Notes: generated from the letters alone by a model not told the origin. DNA of 64,000 nucleotides from an uncultured Chloroflexia bacterium (GCA_963841385.1 CAWJCO010000005.1:419434-483433); one strand, 5' to 3'; positions 9,211-17,815 are shown, numbered from the stretch's first letter. Numbers and translations are program-made.

Positions 9211-10681
9211 GGCGCGCCGCCAGGCTCGCGGTCAGGGTTCGGGCGGCGGCCCGGCCGCTGCGCACCGCTCCCTCCATGGTCGCCGGCCACCCGGTGTCGG
9301 TCCAGCAGCCGGCCAGCACCGCGTTCTCGACGGCGGTCGCCGGTCCCGGCCGCCGCAGCCCGGGGGCAGGCACGAAGGTCGCCTCCGGGTCGCGGATGGC
9401 GACCCCCCGGAGCAGGGCCGCGCCGGCGAGCTCGGGGAGGCGCGCGCGCAGCTCCGAGTCGGCGAGCGCGACCAGGCGCTCCTCCGGCTCCAGCACCAGG
9501 TCGTCGGCGCTGCTCAGGCTGCAGCAGAGATGGCCGGGGCCCTTGGCGAAGACCCACTGCACCGGGGAGTCGACCATGGCCGCGAAGTCGAGGTCCGCGA
9601 GCGGTTCGCGGCTGCCGGTGACAGCCTCCACGGCCGCTCGGTACCAGAGGTGGACGTCGACGATCGGCTGGGTGGTGAAGGCCTCGAGGCCGGTGACCCG
9701 GAGGGCCTCGACGCCCGCGATGCGGAGCAGCCGCTCGGGTGGGACGGCGAGCACCGCCGCGTCGCAGTCGAGCTCCACCTCGCCCGTCCGCAGACCGCGC
9801 AGCCTCCCGTCCTCGACGCGGAGCCCGGTCACCGCGGTGCGCAGGCGCACCTCGTCGCAGCGCTCCGCCGCCCGCTCCGCGAAGCGGGCCAGGGGCACGG
9901 TGGCGTACCCGATCCGGGCGGCGTCGCGGTCACCGAGCAGGGCGGTGCGGACCACCATCAGGCCGGAGGCCGCGCTCACCCGGTCGAAGGGCGCGTTGAG
10001 GGCGGGGATCAGGAACGGCTCCCAGAATCCCCGCAGCGCCGGCACGCTCTGGCCATGCCGCTGCAGCCAGGCGGCCAAGGTCTCCGAGTCCTCGCCCGGA
10101 TGCGGGCGGCGGGCGGCGAGCAGGGCGCGGACGACCTGCACTCGTGCTCGGATGGCGAGGGCCCGGAAGCCGAGGAAGGGGAGGGCGAGGTGCAGCGGCG
10201 CGGGCAGGCGCAGCGCGCGGAGCCGGGCGCGCCCGTGAGCGGTGAGCATCAGCACGTCGAACCGCTCCTGGAGCCGGAGGTCACCGCGCATCCCCAGCTC
10301 CCCGGCGAGCTCGAGGAAGCTGGTGTAGCAGCCCAGGATGGCGTGCTGCCCGCTGTCCATCTCGAGGTCGCCGAGCTGGAACGAGGTCGCCTTGCCGCCG
10401 AGCAGCCGGCTCCGCTCGAGCAGGGTGACCCGCAAGCCCCGGCGCTTCAGCTCCAGCGCCGCGGCCACGCCGGCCAGCCCGGCGCCGACCACGGCGACGT
10501 GGGCTGCGGGGACGGCAGCCCCAGCGGTCGGGGCGGGGTCGCCGGACAGCTCCGACCGGCGTGTGCCGCGGACGCCGGCTCGTGGGGCCGCCGGCTCTTC
10601 CCGGCGCGATTGCGCTCGCGCCTGCGAAGAGCCCGCTCGCTCAGCGATCGCCATCCCCGCCTCGTCAGTTTCCGTCCTCAT
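9203..10681 (-). CDS. hpnE: Hydroxysqualene dehydroxylase, FAD-dependent amine-oxidase fold (HpnE)
   Basis: Has VAVVGAGLAGVAAALELKRRGLRVTLLERSRLLGGKA (FAD Rossmann fold). The start was chosen at the ATG that forms an ATGA overlap with the upstream stop (10678-10681). The 3' end overlaps the shc start by 8 nt. Confidence 0.85.
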   Translation of the reverse strand: MRTETDEAGMAIAERAGSSQARAQSRREEPAAPRAGVRGTRRSELSGDPAPTAGAAVPAAHVAVVGAGLAGVAAALELKRRGLRVTLLERSRLLGGKATSFQLGDLEMDSGQHAILGCYTSFLELAGELGMRGDLRLQERFDVLMLTAHGRARLRALRLPAPLHLALPFLGFRALAIRARVQVVRALLAARRPHPGEDSETLAAWLQRHGQSVPALRGFWEPFLIPALNAPFDRVSAASGLMVVRTALLGDRDAARIGYATVPLARFAERAAERCDEVRLRTAVTGLRVEDGRLRGLRTGEVELDCDAAVLAVPPERLLRIAGVEALRVTGLEAFTTQPIVDVHLWYRAAVEAVTGSREPLADLDFAAMVDSPVQWVFAKGPGHLCCSLSSADDLVLEPEERLVALADSELRARLPELAGAALLRGVAIRDPEATFVPAPGLRRPGPATAVENAVLAGCWTDTGWPATMEGAVRSGRAAARTLTASLAARHE

Positions 10682-12549
10682 CGTCCCGTCCCGATGGCGG
10701 CGGCCCAGGAGCGGACCATCACCTCCGCCTTCTCGCCGGAGGAGAGCCGCACCCGCTGCCGGAGGGGCAGCTCCGGCTCCGCCTCGATGCGGTCGAGGAT
10801 CCCGCTGTAGATCCCGGCCATGGTCCGGACGCATGCCCGCGCCGGCCCGGGGATGTGCCGGCAGACCTCGATGCCCGTCGCATACAGGCGGCGGGCCCGG
10901 GCGGCCTCGAACTCGACCAGCGAGGCCCAGGCGCCGTCGGGCTCACCCGCGAGCACCGCCTCCTCGGAGACGCCGAAGCGGGCCAGCTCGTCCTGGGGCA
11001 GGTACACCCGGCCCATCGACGCATCCTCCCGGACATCGCGGAGGATGTTGATCAGCTGGAGCGCCGCGCCCAGCGAGTCGGCGCGCTCCAGGGCGTCGTC
11101 GCTCTCGAAGCCGAAGATCCGCACGCACATCCGCCCGACCACCCCGGCCACCAGCTGGCAGTACCCCCTCAGCTCCTCCCACGAGGCGTAGCGGCGCAGG
11201 CTGAGGTCCATCTCGACGCCGCTGACCAGCTCCTCCAGCTCCGTCGCCGGGATCCGGTGTCGCCGGACCGCGCGGGCGAGCACCTGCATCACCGGGTCGT
11301 GGCCCGGGTCGCCTTCGAGCGCTCGGCGTAGCCGCCGGCGCTGGAGGTCGAGCTGGACCGCCGCGTCCGCCGCGCCCGGCCCGTCGGTGGCGTCGTCGAT
11401 CTGGCGGGCGAAGTCGTACAGCGCGTAGATCGACACGCGCTGGGCGCGCGGCAGGGCGATGAAGCCCCAGTAGAAGTTACCGGCCTCGCGCCGGGCCATC
11501 CGCTGGCAGTAGCGCTCCGCGGCGGCCAGCGAGCCGTCCTGGTGACCGCGTCCGATCACGGCTCTCCGCGTGGCGGTGTCCGGACTCGGCCCGCCCCCGG
11601 AGGCCCCCGGCGCGGCCCCGCTCGCCACGCCCGCTCTCCCCTCGCCCGGCCCGGTTCCGGCGGTCCATTCCGCGGCCCCGCTCGCCGCGCTCAACCTCCC
11701 GTCGCCGGTGGGGCGGCCACGGCCCTCCGAGAGGGCGGATGCCACCAGCCTCAGCTTGGTGGCGGTCGAGACCTCCGGCCGGCGGAGGTCGGTGCGGAAG
11801 CCGTCGCGCCGGATCGCCTCGAGGATCGCCTCGCCGCCTCGGCGGTAGAGGCTGAGCTGGAGGCGAAGCCGCGCCGGCATGGGGAGGCGCTCCAGTTCGC
11901 GGCCGGACCGGAGCAGGAGGAGGGCACGCTCACACATGGCCTCCACCGCGCCGGGAAGGCCGAGACGGTCCAGCTCGGATTGGATCAGATAGGTGCGCCC
12001 CTTGCCGCGGTCGATGGCGACGTCCTGGGCGAAGTTGGCGAGCTGCAGCCCGACGCAAACGTCGTCGGAGAGCGGCACCGCCCGGGGGTCGGCGACCTCG
12101 AAGAGGCGGAGCACCATCCGGCCGACCGGGGCGGCCGAGAGCATGCAGTAGGCCTCGAGCTCCTCCCAGGTGGCAAAGCCGGCGACCCGTTGGTCCTGGA
12201 CGTTGGCGGCGATCAGGTCGAGAAAGGGCTCGGCTGGTATCTCGAAGCGCGTCACGGTGCCGGCCAGCGCGACCAGCACCGGGTGCACCGGCGGCCGGCC
12301 CTCGAACATCGCCTCGACCTCTGACTGCCAGAGCCGCAGCCGCCAGAGCGCGGCGTCGCCGCTCTCGTCGCCGAGGTCGTCGGTGGTCCGGCAGTAGGCG
12401 TAGATCCGGGCCAGGTGGAGCCGCAGGGGCCGGGGGGCGACCAGCGAGGCCACCGAGAAGTTCTCGTAGTGGCGCCGCGCCATCCGCACGCAGAGGGCGT
12501 CGGCCTCGCGCTGGGCGAGCGTCGGGGCGGCCAGCCGGAGCGCGCTCAC
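10678..12549 (-). CDS. hpnC-hpnD: In-frame fusion of hydroxysqualene synthase (HpnC, N-terminal) and presqualene diphosphate synthase (HpnD, C-terminal)
   Basis: One 623-codon frame. The N-terminal half has RRHYENFSVAS...YAYCRTTDDLGDE...DVCVGLQLANFAQDV (HpnC-like). A Gly/Ala/Pro-rich linker of about 65 aa spans roughly 11536-11733. The C-terminal half has NFYWGFIALP...ALYDFARQIDDATD...LGAALQLINILRDVRED (HpnD-like). No stop separates the halves. The GTG start forms a GTGA overlap with the idi stop. Confidence 0.8.
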   Translation of the reverse strand: MSALRLAAPTLAQREADALCVRMARRHYENFSVASLVAPRPLRLHLARIYAYCRTTDDLGDESGDAALWRLRLWQSEVEAMFEGRPPVHPVLVALAGTVTRFEIPAEPFLDLIAANVQDQRVAGFATWEELEAYCMLSAAPVGRMVLRLFEVADPRAVPLSDDVCVGLQLANFAQDVAIDRGKGRTYLIQSELDRLGLPGAVEAMCERALLLLRSGRELERLPMPARLRLQLSLYRRGGEAILEAIRRDGFRTDLRRPEVSTATKLRLVASALSEGRGRPTGDGRLSAASGAAEWTAGTGPGEGRAGVASGAAPGASGGGPSPDTATRRAVIGRGHQDGSLAAAERYCQRMARREAGNFYWGFIALPRAQRVSIYALYDFARQIDDATDGPGAADAAVQLDLQRRRLRRALEGDPGHDPVMQVLARAVRRHRIPATELEELVSGVEMDLSLRRYASWEELRGYCQLVAGVVGRMCVRIFGFESDDALERADSLGAALQLINILRDVREDASMGRVYLPQDELARFGVSEEAVLAGEPDGAWASLVEFEAARARRLYATGIEVCRHIPGPARACVRTMAGIYSGILDRIEAEPELPLRQRVRLSSGEKAEVMVRSWAAAIGTGR

Positions 12550-13649
12550 CGTGCCCCTCCGCCGCCGTCCGTCCCCGCCTCGGGTGCGGAGCGGGGCAGC
12601 AGCCGGCCGTCCCGGCGGAGCCGGCCGAGATCGGGCGCACCGGTGCAGAACATCGTGATGCGCAGGGTGTCGGTGATCTCGGTCACCGCCGCATCGAGTG
12701 CCTCGGCGCCGTCCGCGGCGGCTCGGAGCATGGTGCCGGCGCTCCCCACCAGGTCGGCCCCGAGGGCGATCGCCATCGCCGCCTCGACCCCGCCGCGAAT
12801 CCCGCCGCTGGCGATCAGGGTGCCCCGCGGCGCGGCCCGGCGGGCCAGCCGGATCGCCTCGGCGGTGGGCAGCCCCCAGTCGGCGAAGGCGGCGGCCACC
12901 CGTGCCCGCACCGGGTCGGCGATGCGGTGTCGCTCCACCTCGCTCCACGAGGTGCCTCCCGCGCCGGCGACGTCGACCGCGGTCACGCCAGCCGCGAAGA
13001 GCCCGGTCACCAGGTCGGGGGCGATGCCCCAGCCCACCTCCTTGACGATCACCGGGATGCCGAGCGTCGAGCAGAGCTCCTCGATGCGGGTGAGGAGCCC
13101 GGCGAACCGGGTGTCCCCCTCCGGCTGCAGAGCCTCCTGGAGGGGGTTGAGGTGGAGCACCAGCGCGTCGGCCTCGAGCAGCTCGACGATGCGCCGGCAG
13201 GCGGCGGCCCCGACCCCGAGATTCAGCTGGACCGCTCCCAGGTTGGCGAGCAGGGGCACGTCGGGGCAGAGGTCGCGGACGGCGAAGGTGGGGAGCACCT
13301 CGGGGCGCTCCAGGAGCACCCGGCACGAGCCCAGCCCCATGGCCACCCGGTGGCGCTGCGCCGCCTCCGCCAGGGTGCGGTTGATCTGGCGCGCGCGGTT
13401 GGTGCCGCCGGTCATGCACGAGAAGAGGAGGGGGGCCTCGAGCCGGCGTCCCAGGAAGGACGTCCCCAGCGTCACCGCCTCGAGATCGATCTCAGGGAGC
13501 GCGCGGTGCTCGAAGTGGTAGCGCTCGAAGCCGGTGGTGATCCCCTTGGCGGCCACGTCCTCCTCGAGGTTGATCCGGATGTGCTCGGCCTTCCGGTCGA
13601 CGATGTCGGGCGGGTCGGCGGGGAGGGGCGAGACGCTGCCGAGGGTCAT
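12546..13649 (-). CDS. fni: Type 2 isopentenyl-diphosphate delta-isomerase (FMN-dependent)
   Basis: Contains RKAEHIRI, FEHRALPEIDL, PLLFSCMTGG, MGLGSCR, VIVKEVGWGI, VDVAGAGGTSW and IASGGIRGG, the characteristic IDI-2 blocks. Confidence 0.9.
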   Translation of the reverse strand: MTLGSVSPLPADPPDIVDRKAEHIRINLEEDVAAKGITTGFERYHFEHRALPEIDLEAVTLGTSFLGRRLEAPLLFSCMTGGTNRARQINRTLAEAAQRHRVAMGLGSCRVLLERPEVLPTFAVRDLCPDVPLLANLGAVQLNLGVGAAACRRIVELLEADALVLHLNPLQEALQPEGDTRFAGLLTRIEELCSTLGIPVIVKEVGWGIAPDLVTGLFAAGVTAVDVAGAGGTSWSEVERHRIADPVRARVAAAFADWGLPTAEAIRLARRAAPRGTLIASGGIRGGVEAAMAIALGADLVGSAGTMLRAAADGAEALDAAVTEITDTLRITMFCTGAPDLGRLRRDGRLLPRSAPEAGTDGGGGAR

Positions 13650-13697
13650 GGCTGGGGCTCCGCCGTCGCGCGCGCGAGCGTCACGAGGGCCGTCCCG

Positions 13698-14798
13698 TCA
13701 GCCGGTCCGGTGGGCGACGAAACGCGCGATCGCCGCGAAGTCCTCGACCCAGCGGGCGTCCAGCCCCGAGCTCGCCACCGCGGACATCGCCGCCTTGCAG
13801 GTCTGGGCGGCCGCCACGGCGGTGGCGTCGGGCTCGCCGAGGGAGGCCAGCATGTCGCGGATCAGCTCCTCCCCATCCTCCGCCTCCGGCTCGGCATAGA
13901 GCTGGCAGAGCCGCCGCTGCTCGGAGTAGGAGGCCCGGGAGAAGGCGCTGACCACCGGGTAGGTGAGCTTGCGCCGAGCCAGGTCGGAGGTCCGGCCCTT
14001 GCCGGTCCGGTCCGGGTCCCCGAAGCTGCCCAGCCAGTCGTCCCGGATCTGGAAGGTCTCACCGAGCAGGCGGCCGGCGCTGCGCAGCTTGGTCACCGTG
14101 CGCGTGGAGGCTCCGGCCAGGATCGCGCCCATCTCCAGGCACGCCCCCAGCAGGGCCCCGGTCTTGGCCGTGATCAGCCGGACGTAGGTGGCCCGCGGGG
14201 TGTCGGGCCGGCCCTCGAGGGCGAGGTCGAGGCTCTGTCCCTCGATCACCTCGAGCACCGCCTGGCTGAGGGCGCGGGCGGCCCGCATCCGCCGGTCGGC
14301 GCGCGGACCCGGGGCCAGCAGGGCGAGGTAGGCGGTCGCGAAGAGACCGTCACCGGCGTTGATGCCCTGGGCCTTCCCCCAGACGGCCCAGACGGTCGGC
14401 CGGTGGCGCCGGGTCGTGTCACCGTCCTGGATGTCGTCGTGGACCAGCGTGAAGTTGTGGACGAGCTCGACCGCCGCCGCCGCCGGGACCGCCCAGTCGG
14501 ACTCGCCGCCGCAGGCCTCGCACGCCCAGATGGCGAGCCCGGCCCGGAACAGCTTGCCCCCGCCCCCCGCGGTCGGCTCCCCTTCCGGGGAGGCCCAGCC
14601 GAGGTGATAGGCACACATCTTTCCCAGTGGCGAGCTGCTGGGGGGCAGCGCCCAGCGCAGGGCGTCCTCGACCAGCGGCAGGTGACGGCTCAGCGAGAGG
14701 GGAAGTGCGGGCGGTGCGTCCGCCGGCGCGTAGCCGTCGCGGTCGTCCTCCGCGATGGCACCGGCGGCGGAGAATGGGACATCGGCGATCACGGACAT
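13698..14798 (-). CDS. Polyprenyl diphosphate synthase (FPP/GGPP synthase class), first gene of the hopanoid operon
   Basis: First aspartate-rich motif LVHDDIQDGDTTRRHRP and second motif FQIRDDWLGSFGD. GGAGGAG lies upstream of the ATG. Confidence 0.85.
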   Translation of the reverse strand: MSVIADVPFSAAGAIAEDDRDGYAPADAPPALPLSLSRHLPLVEDALRWALPPSSSPLGKMCAYHLGWASPEGEPTAGGGGKLFRAGLAIWACEACGGESDWAVPAAAAVELVHNFTLVHDDIQDGDTTRRHRPTVWAVWGKAQGINAGDGLFATAYLALLAPGPRADRRMRAARALSQAVLEVIEGQSLDLALEGRPDTPRATYVRLITAKTGALLGACLEMGAILAGASTRTVTKLRSAGRLLGETFQIRDDWLGSFGDPDRTGKGRTSDLARRKLTYPVVSAFSRASYSEQRRLCQLYAEPEAEDGEELIRDMLASLGEPDATAVAAAQTCKAAMSAVASSGLDARWVEDFAAIARFVAHRTG

Positions 14799-14830
14799 GC
14801 TTCTCCTCCACGTCCCCTGAAACTTCTCTG

Positions 14831-14836
14831 ATGGTA
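14831..14836 (-). promoter_or_regulatory. Candidate -10 element TACCAT for the hopanoid operon
   Basis: The reverse complement of atggta fits TANNNT. It sits in an AT-richer patch about 33 nt upstream of the ATG at 14798 and is followed by the GGAGGAG RBS. Confidence 0.3.
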
Positions 14837-14964
14837 ACTATCCGCACCCGTCGCCAGCAAGCCGCCCGGCCGGGGCCATCAGGCCAAACGGCCGAAAGGA
14901 CGGTGGCGGCTCCTGGGCGCCCAGGCCCCCGGAGCCGCCGGCTTGGATTCGCTGACCCGGTGTG

Positions 14965-14970
14965 TACCAT
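14965..14970 (+). promoter_or_regulatory. Candidate -10 element TACCAT, 7 nt upstream of the MarR GTG (leaderless arrangement)
   Basis: Reads taccat-taacctc-GTG with no Shine-Dalgarno sequence. Same hexamer as the divergent promoter candidate. Confidence 0.35.
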
Positions 14971-14977
14971 TAACCTC

Positions 14978-15460
14978 GTGACAACCATCGAGAGCGGGAG
15001 CCCCAGCCCTCAGGTTCGCCAGGTGCTGGGTGCCTACCTGGACGCGAGCCTCCTCACCGACGGGTTCCAGACCGAGCTCTGGCGCGAGGCGCGCCTGACC
15101 CTGCCGCAGCTGGCCGTCCTGCGCAGCCTCCGCGACGGCGGTCCGCAGACCGCCGGGCGGCTGGGCGAGACCGTCGGGCTCTCCCCCGCGTCGGCCACCC
15201 GGCTCTTCGACCGGCTCGAGGAGCGCGGCCTGATCCGGCGCCACCGCGGTCACGACGACCGCCGCTGCGTCGAGATCCACCTGACCGCCCGCGGGCGCCA
15301 GCTGGTGGGCGCGGTCAGGGCGCTCCGGAACAGCCCGCTGCGGCGCGCCGTCGAGGCGATGAGCGAGGCCGAGCAGCGCTCACTGGCGACGGCGCTGCGC
15401 CGGCTGGCGGATCAGGCGCGCCGGCTCAAGCGACTCTCCCCCCGGGTCGCACTGCCGTGA
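14978..15460 (+). CDS. MarR-family transcriptional regulator, divergent from the hopanoid operon
   Basis: The last 160 codons of ORF 14627..15460 read LTLPQLAVLRSLRDGGPQTAGRLGETVGLSPASATRLFDRLEERGLIRRHRGHDDRRCVEIHLTARG (wHTH). Confidence 0.8.
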   Translation: MTTIESGSPSPQVRQVLGAYLDASLLTDGFQTELWREARLTLPQLAVLRSLRDGGPQTAGRLGETVGLSPASATRLFDRLEERGLIRRHRGHDDRRCVEIHLTARGRQLVGAVRALRNSPLRRAVEAMSEAEQRSLATALRRLADQARRLKRLSPRVALP

Positions 15461-15473
15461 GGACGGCCGCACC

Positions 15474-16466
15474 GTGACGATGCGGCGCCGCCTCGTCCCG
15501 CTGGTGGTGGGGCTGGCGACCGTGCTCGGCCTGCTGATGGTGGTCCAGCCGTCCCGCGTGCTCGGGGCGCTGCGTGGCACCGACCTCCGCCTGGTGGGCG
15601 CCGCGGCGCTGGTGACGGCGGCCTTCTACACCGTCCAGGGCGTCCGCTGGCACCTCCTGCTCCGCGCGGCGGGGGTCAGGCTGCGCCTGCACGAGTCCGT
15701 CCTCATCAACCTCGCGGGGCAGACCGTGACCGCGGTGCTCCCGCTCGGCGATCTCACCCGAGCGCTCTTCGCCAGCGAGGCGACCGGCGCCCCCTTCGGC
15801 GCGGCCGCCGCTGCGGTAACCGTCCAGGAGCTGACCTTCACCTCGCTCCTGGTGCTGAGCGCGACCCCGGCTCTGATGGGGATCCCCGGCGGCTGGCTGA
15901 TCTCGGCGGTGGTGCTGGGCGGCGTGGCGGGAACCCTGCTGATCCTCCTGGTGCCGGCCATCTACCGGCCGATCCGCGCCCTGCTGGGGGTCCTCCCGGT
16001 GGTGAACCGGGCCGCCGGGCAGGTCGACACCCTGCGCCAGGAGAGCGTGGTCCTGCTCACCCGGCCGGTGGCGCTGGCGAGCGGTGTCATCGACCTCGCC
16101 CGGGTCGCCCTCGCCGCCGGAGCCCTCCAGCTCCTCCTTCACGCCATGAACATCGAGCGCGGCTGGTGGCTGGCGGTCCTGGTGGTGGCGGTCGCCTACG
16201 TCGGCGGCGCGCTGAGCTTCCTTCCCGGGGGCATCGGGGCCAACGAGGCCAGCCTGATCGGGGTCCTGATCGGGTTCGGCGTCCCGGTCGGCCAGGCCGC
16301 GGCGGTGGCCCTGCTCGAGCGGCTCCTGCTCACCGGGGTGCCGTCGGTGATCGGGCTGCTCGCCTACGCCGCCATCCATCGCAGGCTCCACCTGGGCAGC
16401 CTGGTGGCCTCGCCCCGGGCCGCCCTCACCGCAGCTGGCGCTCCAGCCTGCGAGGTGGCCGCCTGA
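15474..16466 (+). CDS. UPF0104 / LPG-synthase-TM 'flippase-like' polytopic membrane protein (HpnL-like), copy 1
   Basis: 330 aa with about 8 TM segments. Family-typical FYTVQGVRWHLLLRAAGVRL, LINLAGQTVTAVLPLGDLTRALF, LSFLPGGIGANEASLIGVL. Confidence 0.7.
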   Translation: MTMRRRLVPLVVGLATVLGLLMVVQPSRVLGALRGTDLRLVGAAALVTAAFYTVQGVRWHLLLRAAGVRLRLHESVLINLAGQTVTAVLPLGDLTRALFASEATGAPFGAAAAAVTVQELTFTSLLVLSATPALMGIPGGWLISAVVLGGVAGTLLILLVPAIYRPIRALLGVLPVVNRAAGQVDTLRQESVVLLTRPVALASGVIDLARVALAAGALQLLLHAMNIERGWWLAVLVVAVAYVGGALSFLPGGIGANEASLIGVLIGFGVPVGQAAAVALLERLLLTGVPSVIGLLAYAAIHRRLHLGSLVASPRAALTAAGAPACEVAA

Positions 16467-16468
16467 CC

Positions 16469-17572
16469 GTGTCCGGTCCCGGCCCGCCACCGCCGCGTCG
16501 CGGCCGGCGCTCCGTTCCTGCGGAGGGCCCCGAGCCCACCCCGGCCCCGGCTGAGGGCCCTGCCCGGCCGCGACGTTTCCGGGCCACCCAGTTCATCCCC
16601 ATCGCGGTGGGGCTGGGCGCGGTCGTGGCCCTCATCGTGGTCTGCAACCCGTTTGCGCTGGGAGGGGCCATCGCCCGATTCGACCTGCTGCTGATCCCGG
16701 CGATCCTCGCCCTCTCCGCCGCCTACTACGTCCTCCAGGGGCTGCGCTGGTACTTCCTGCTCCGCGACGTCGGCGCCCGCATCGGCATCGGCGACAGCAT
16801 CCTCCTCAACATCGCCGGGCAGTCGACGACCATGCTCCCACTCGGCGAGCTGACCCGGGCGGTGTTCGCCAGCGAGGCGTGCGGCGATGTCGAGTTCGGC
16901 GAGGTGGTGGCCACGGTGACCGTGCAGGAGCTGATCTTCACGCTCATCCTCATCCTCATCGCCGTCCCTGGGGTGCTCTCCATCCACCGCGCCCTGCCGG
17001 TGCTGATCGTCGCCCTGGTGGGCATCGCCGGCGTCTTGGTTCTGCTCCTGGTGCCGGCCTGCTTCCATTTCGTCCACCATCTTGTCGAGCGCACCCCGGT
17101 CTTACGCCGCTTCACCGGCCAGGTCGACCGCCTCCGCCAGGAGACGGTGGTGCTGCTCCAGCGCCCCGATACCTTGGGCTGGTCCTTTCTCAGCCTGGCC
17201 GGGGCGGGGGTGTCGGTCACCCTCTTCTGGCTGGTCGTCTGCGGCCTGGGCGGTGACCTGAGCTGGCCGGTCACCTCGTTCGTCCTGGCGGCGTCCTACG
17301 TCGCCGGGGCGGTGAGCCTGATCCCGGGAGGGATCGGCGCCGCCGAGGCGAGCGTGGTCGGGCTCCTGGTCGTGGTCGGCGTCGACCCGGCGACGGCGAC
17401 CGCCGCCGCACTCCTCCAGCGGGTCGCCGACAAGGGCTTCGCCACCCTGATGGGATTCATCGCCTACGCCATCGCCCGGCGCCGCTTCCGGCTCAGCGGT
17501 CTGACCGCGCTCCGCCCCGGCCCCCCCGAGCAACCGGGGACCGCGACGACCATGGAGCCGGCCGGTGCCTGA
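16469..17572 (+). CDS. UPF0104 / LPG-synthase-TM 'flippase-like' polytopic membrane protein (HpnL-like), copy 2
   Basis: GTG start 3 nt after the copy-1 stop. Parallel motifs YYVLQGLRWYFLLRDVGARI, LLNIAGQSTTMLPLGELTRAVF, VSLIPGGIGAAEASVVGLL. Pro/Arg-rich N-terminal extension. Confidence 0.7.
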   Translation: MSGPGPPPPRRGRRSVPAEGPEPTPAPAEGPARPRRFRATQFIPIAVGLGAVVALIVVCNPFALGGAIARFDLLLIPAILALSAAYYVLQGLRWYFLLRDVGARIGIGDSILLNIAGQSTTMLPLGELTRAVFASEACGDVEFGEVVATVTVQELIFTLILILIAVPGVLSIHRALPVLIVALVGIAGVLVLLLVPACFHFVHHLVERTPVLRRFTGQVDRLRQETVVLLQRPDTLGWSFLSLAGAGVSVTLFWLVVCGLGGDLSWPVTSFVLAASYVAGAVSLIPGGIGAAEASVVGLLVVVGVDPATATAAALLQRVADKGFATLMGFIAYAIARRRFRLSGLTALRPGPPEQPGTATTMEPAGA

Positions 17573-17683
17573 CGCCGTCCGCCTGGGGGGCCACGCCCAA
17601 ACCCCGCGCCGGGGGCTGTCGCCGGAGCCCGAATCGGGGGCCTCGACGCGCCGGTGAGGCTGGTGCCCGCGCCCGGCGGGACC

Positions 17684-17727
17684 GTCAACCGCGGCTTGCG
17701 AGATCGTCAACCGCGGCCTGCGGGATC
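17684..17727. repeat. Tandem 22-bp direct repeat (2 full copies plus a partial third)
   Basis: gtcaaccgcggcttgcgagatc / gtcaaccgcggcctgcgggatc / gtcgattcg, in the roughly 500-bp intergenic region upstream of the ABC operon. Confidence 0.8.
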
Positions 17728-17789
17728 GTCGATTCGATGAGTCGGGCACGTTGGGTGCGTTCGCCCCGAACTGTGTATCCCCCCGACCT

Positions 17790-17815
17790 GTGTATCACCC
17801 CGATGGGTGATACAC
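17790..17815. promoter_or_regulatory. Perfect 11-bp inverted repeat GTGTATCACCC-cgat-GGGTGATACAC, candidate operator or RNA hairpin
   Basis: Read directly from the sequence. An extra direct copy of CTGTGTATC sits at 17771-17779. The region is locally AT-richer. A TAAGAT -10-like hexamer lies at 17901-17906. Confidence 0.4.

Noticed and set aside
7420-9621. 733-aa plus-strand ORF
   Set aside because: Antisense to squalene-hopene cyclase and hpnE. It has low-complexity Arg/Gly/Pro composition and no domains.
12550-13419. Upstream 290 codons of the 913-aa ORF 10678..13419
   Set aside because: This part overlaps the type-2 IDI gene out of frame and translates to Arg/Gly/Pro-rich sequence. The HpnC-like sequence begins only at the GTG at 12549, which forms a GTGA junction with the idi stop.
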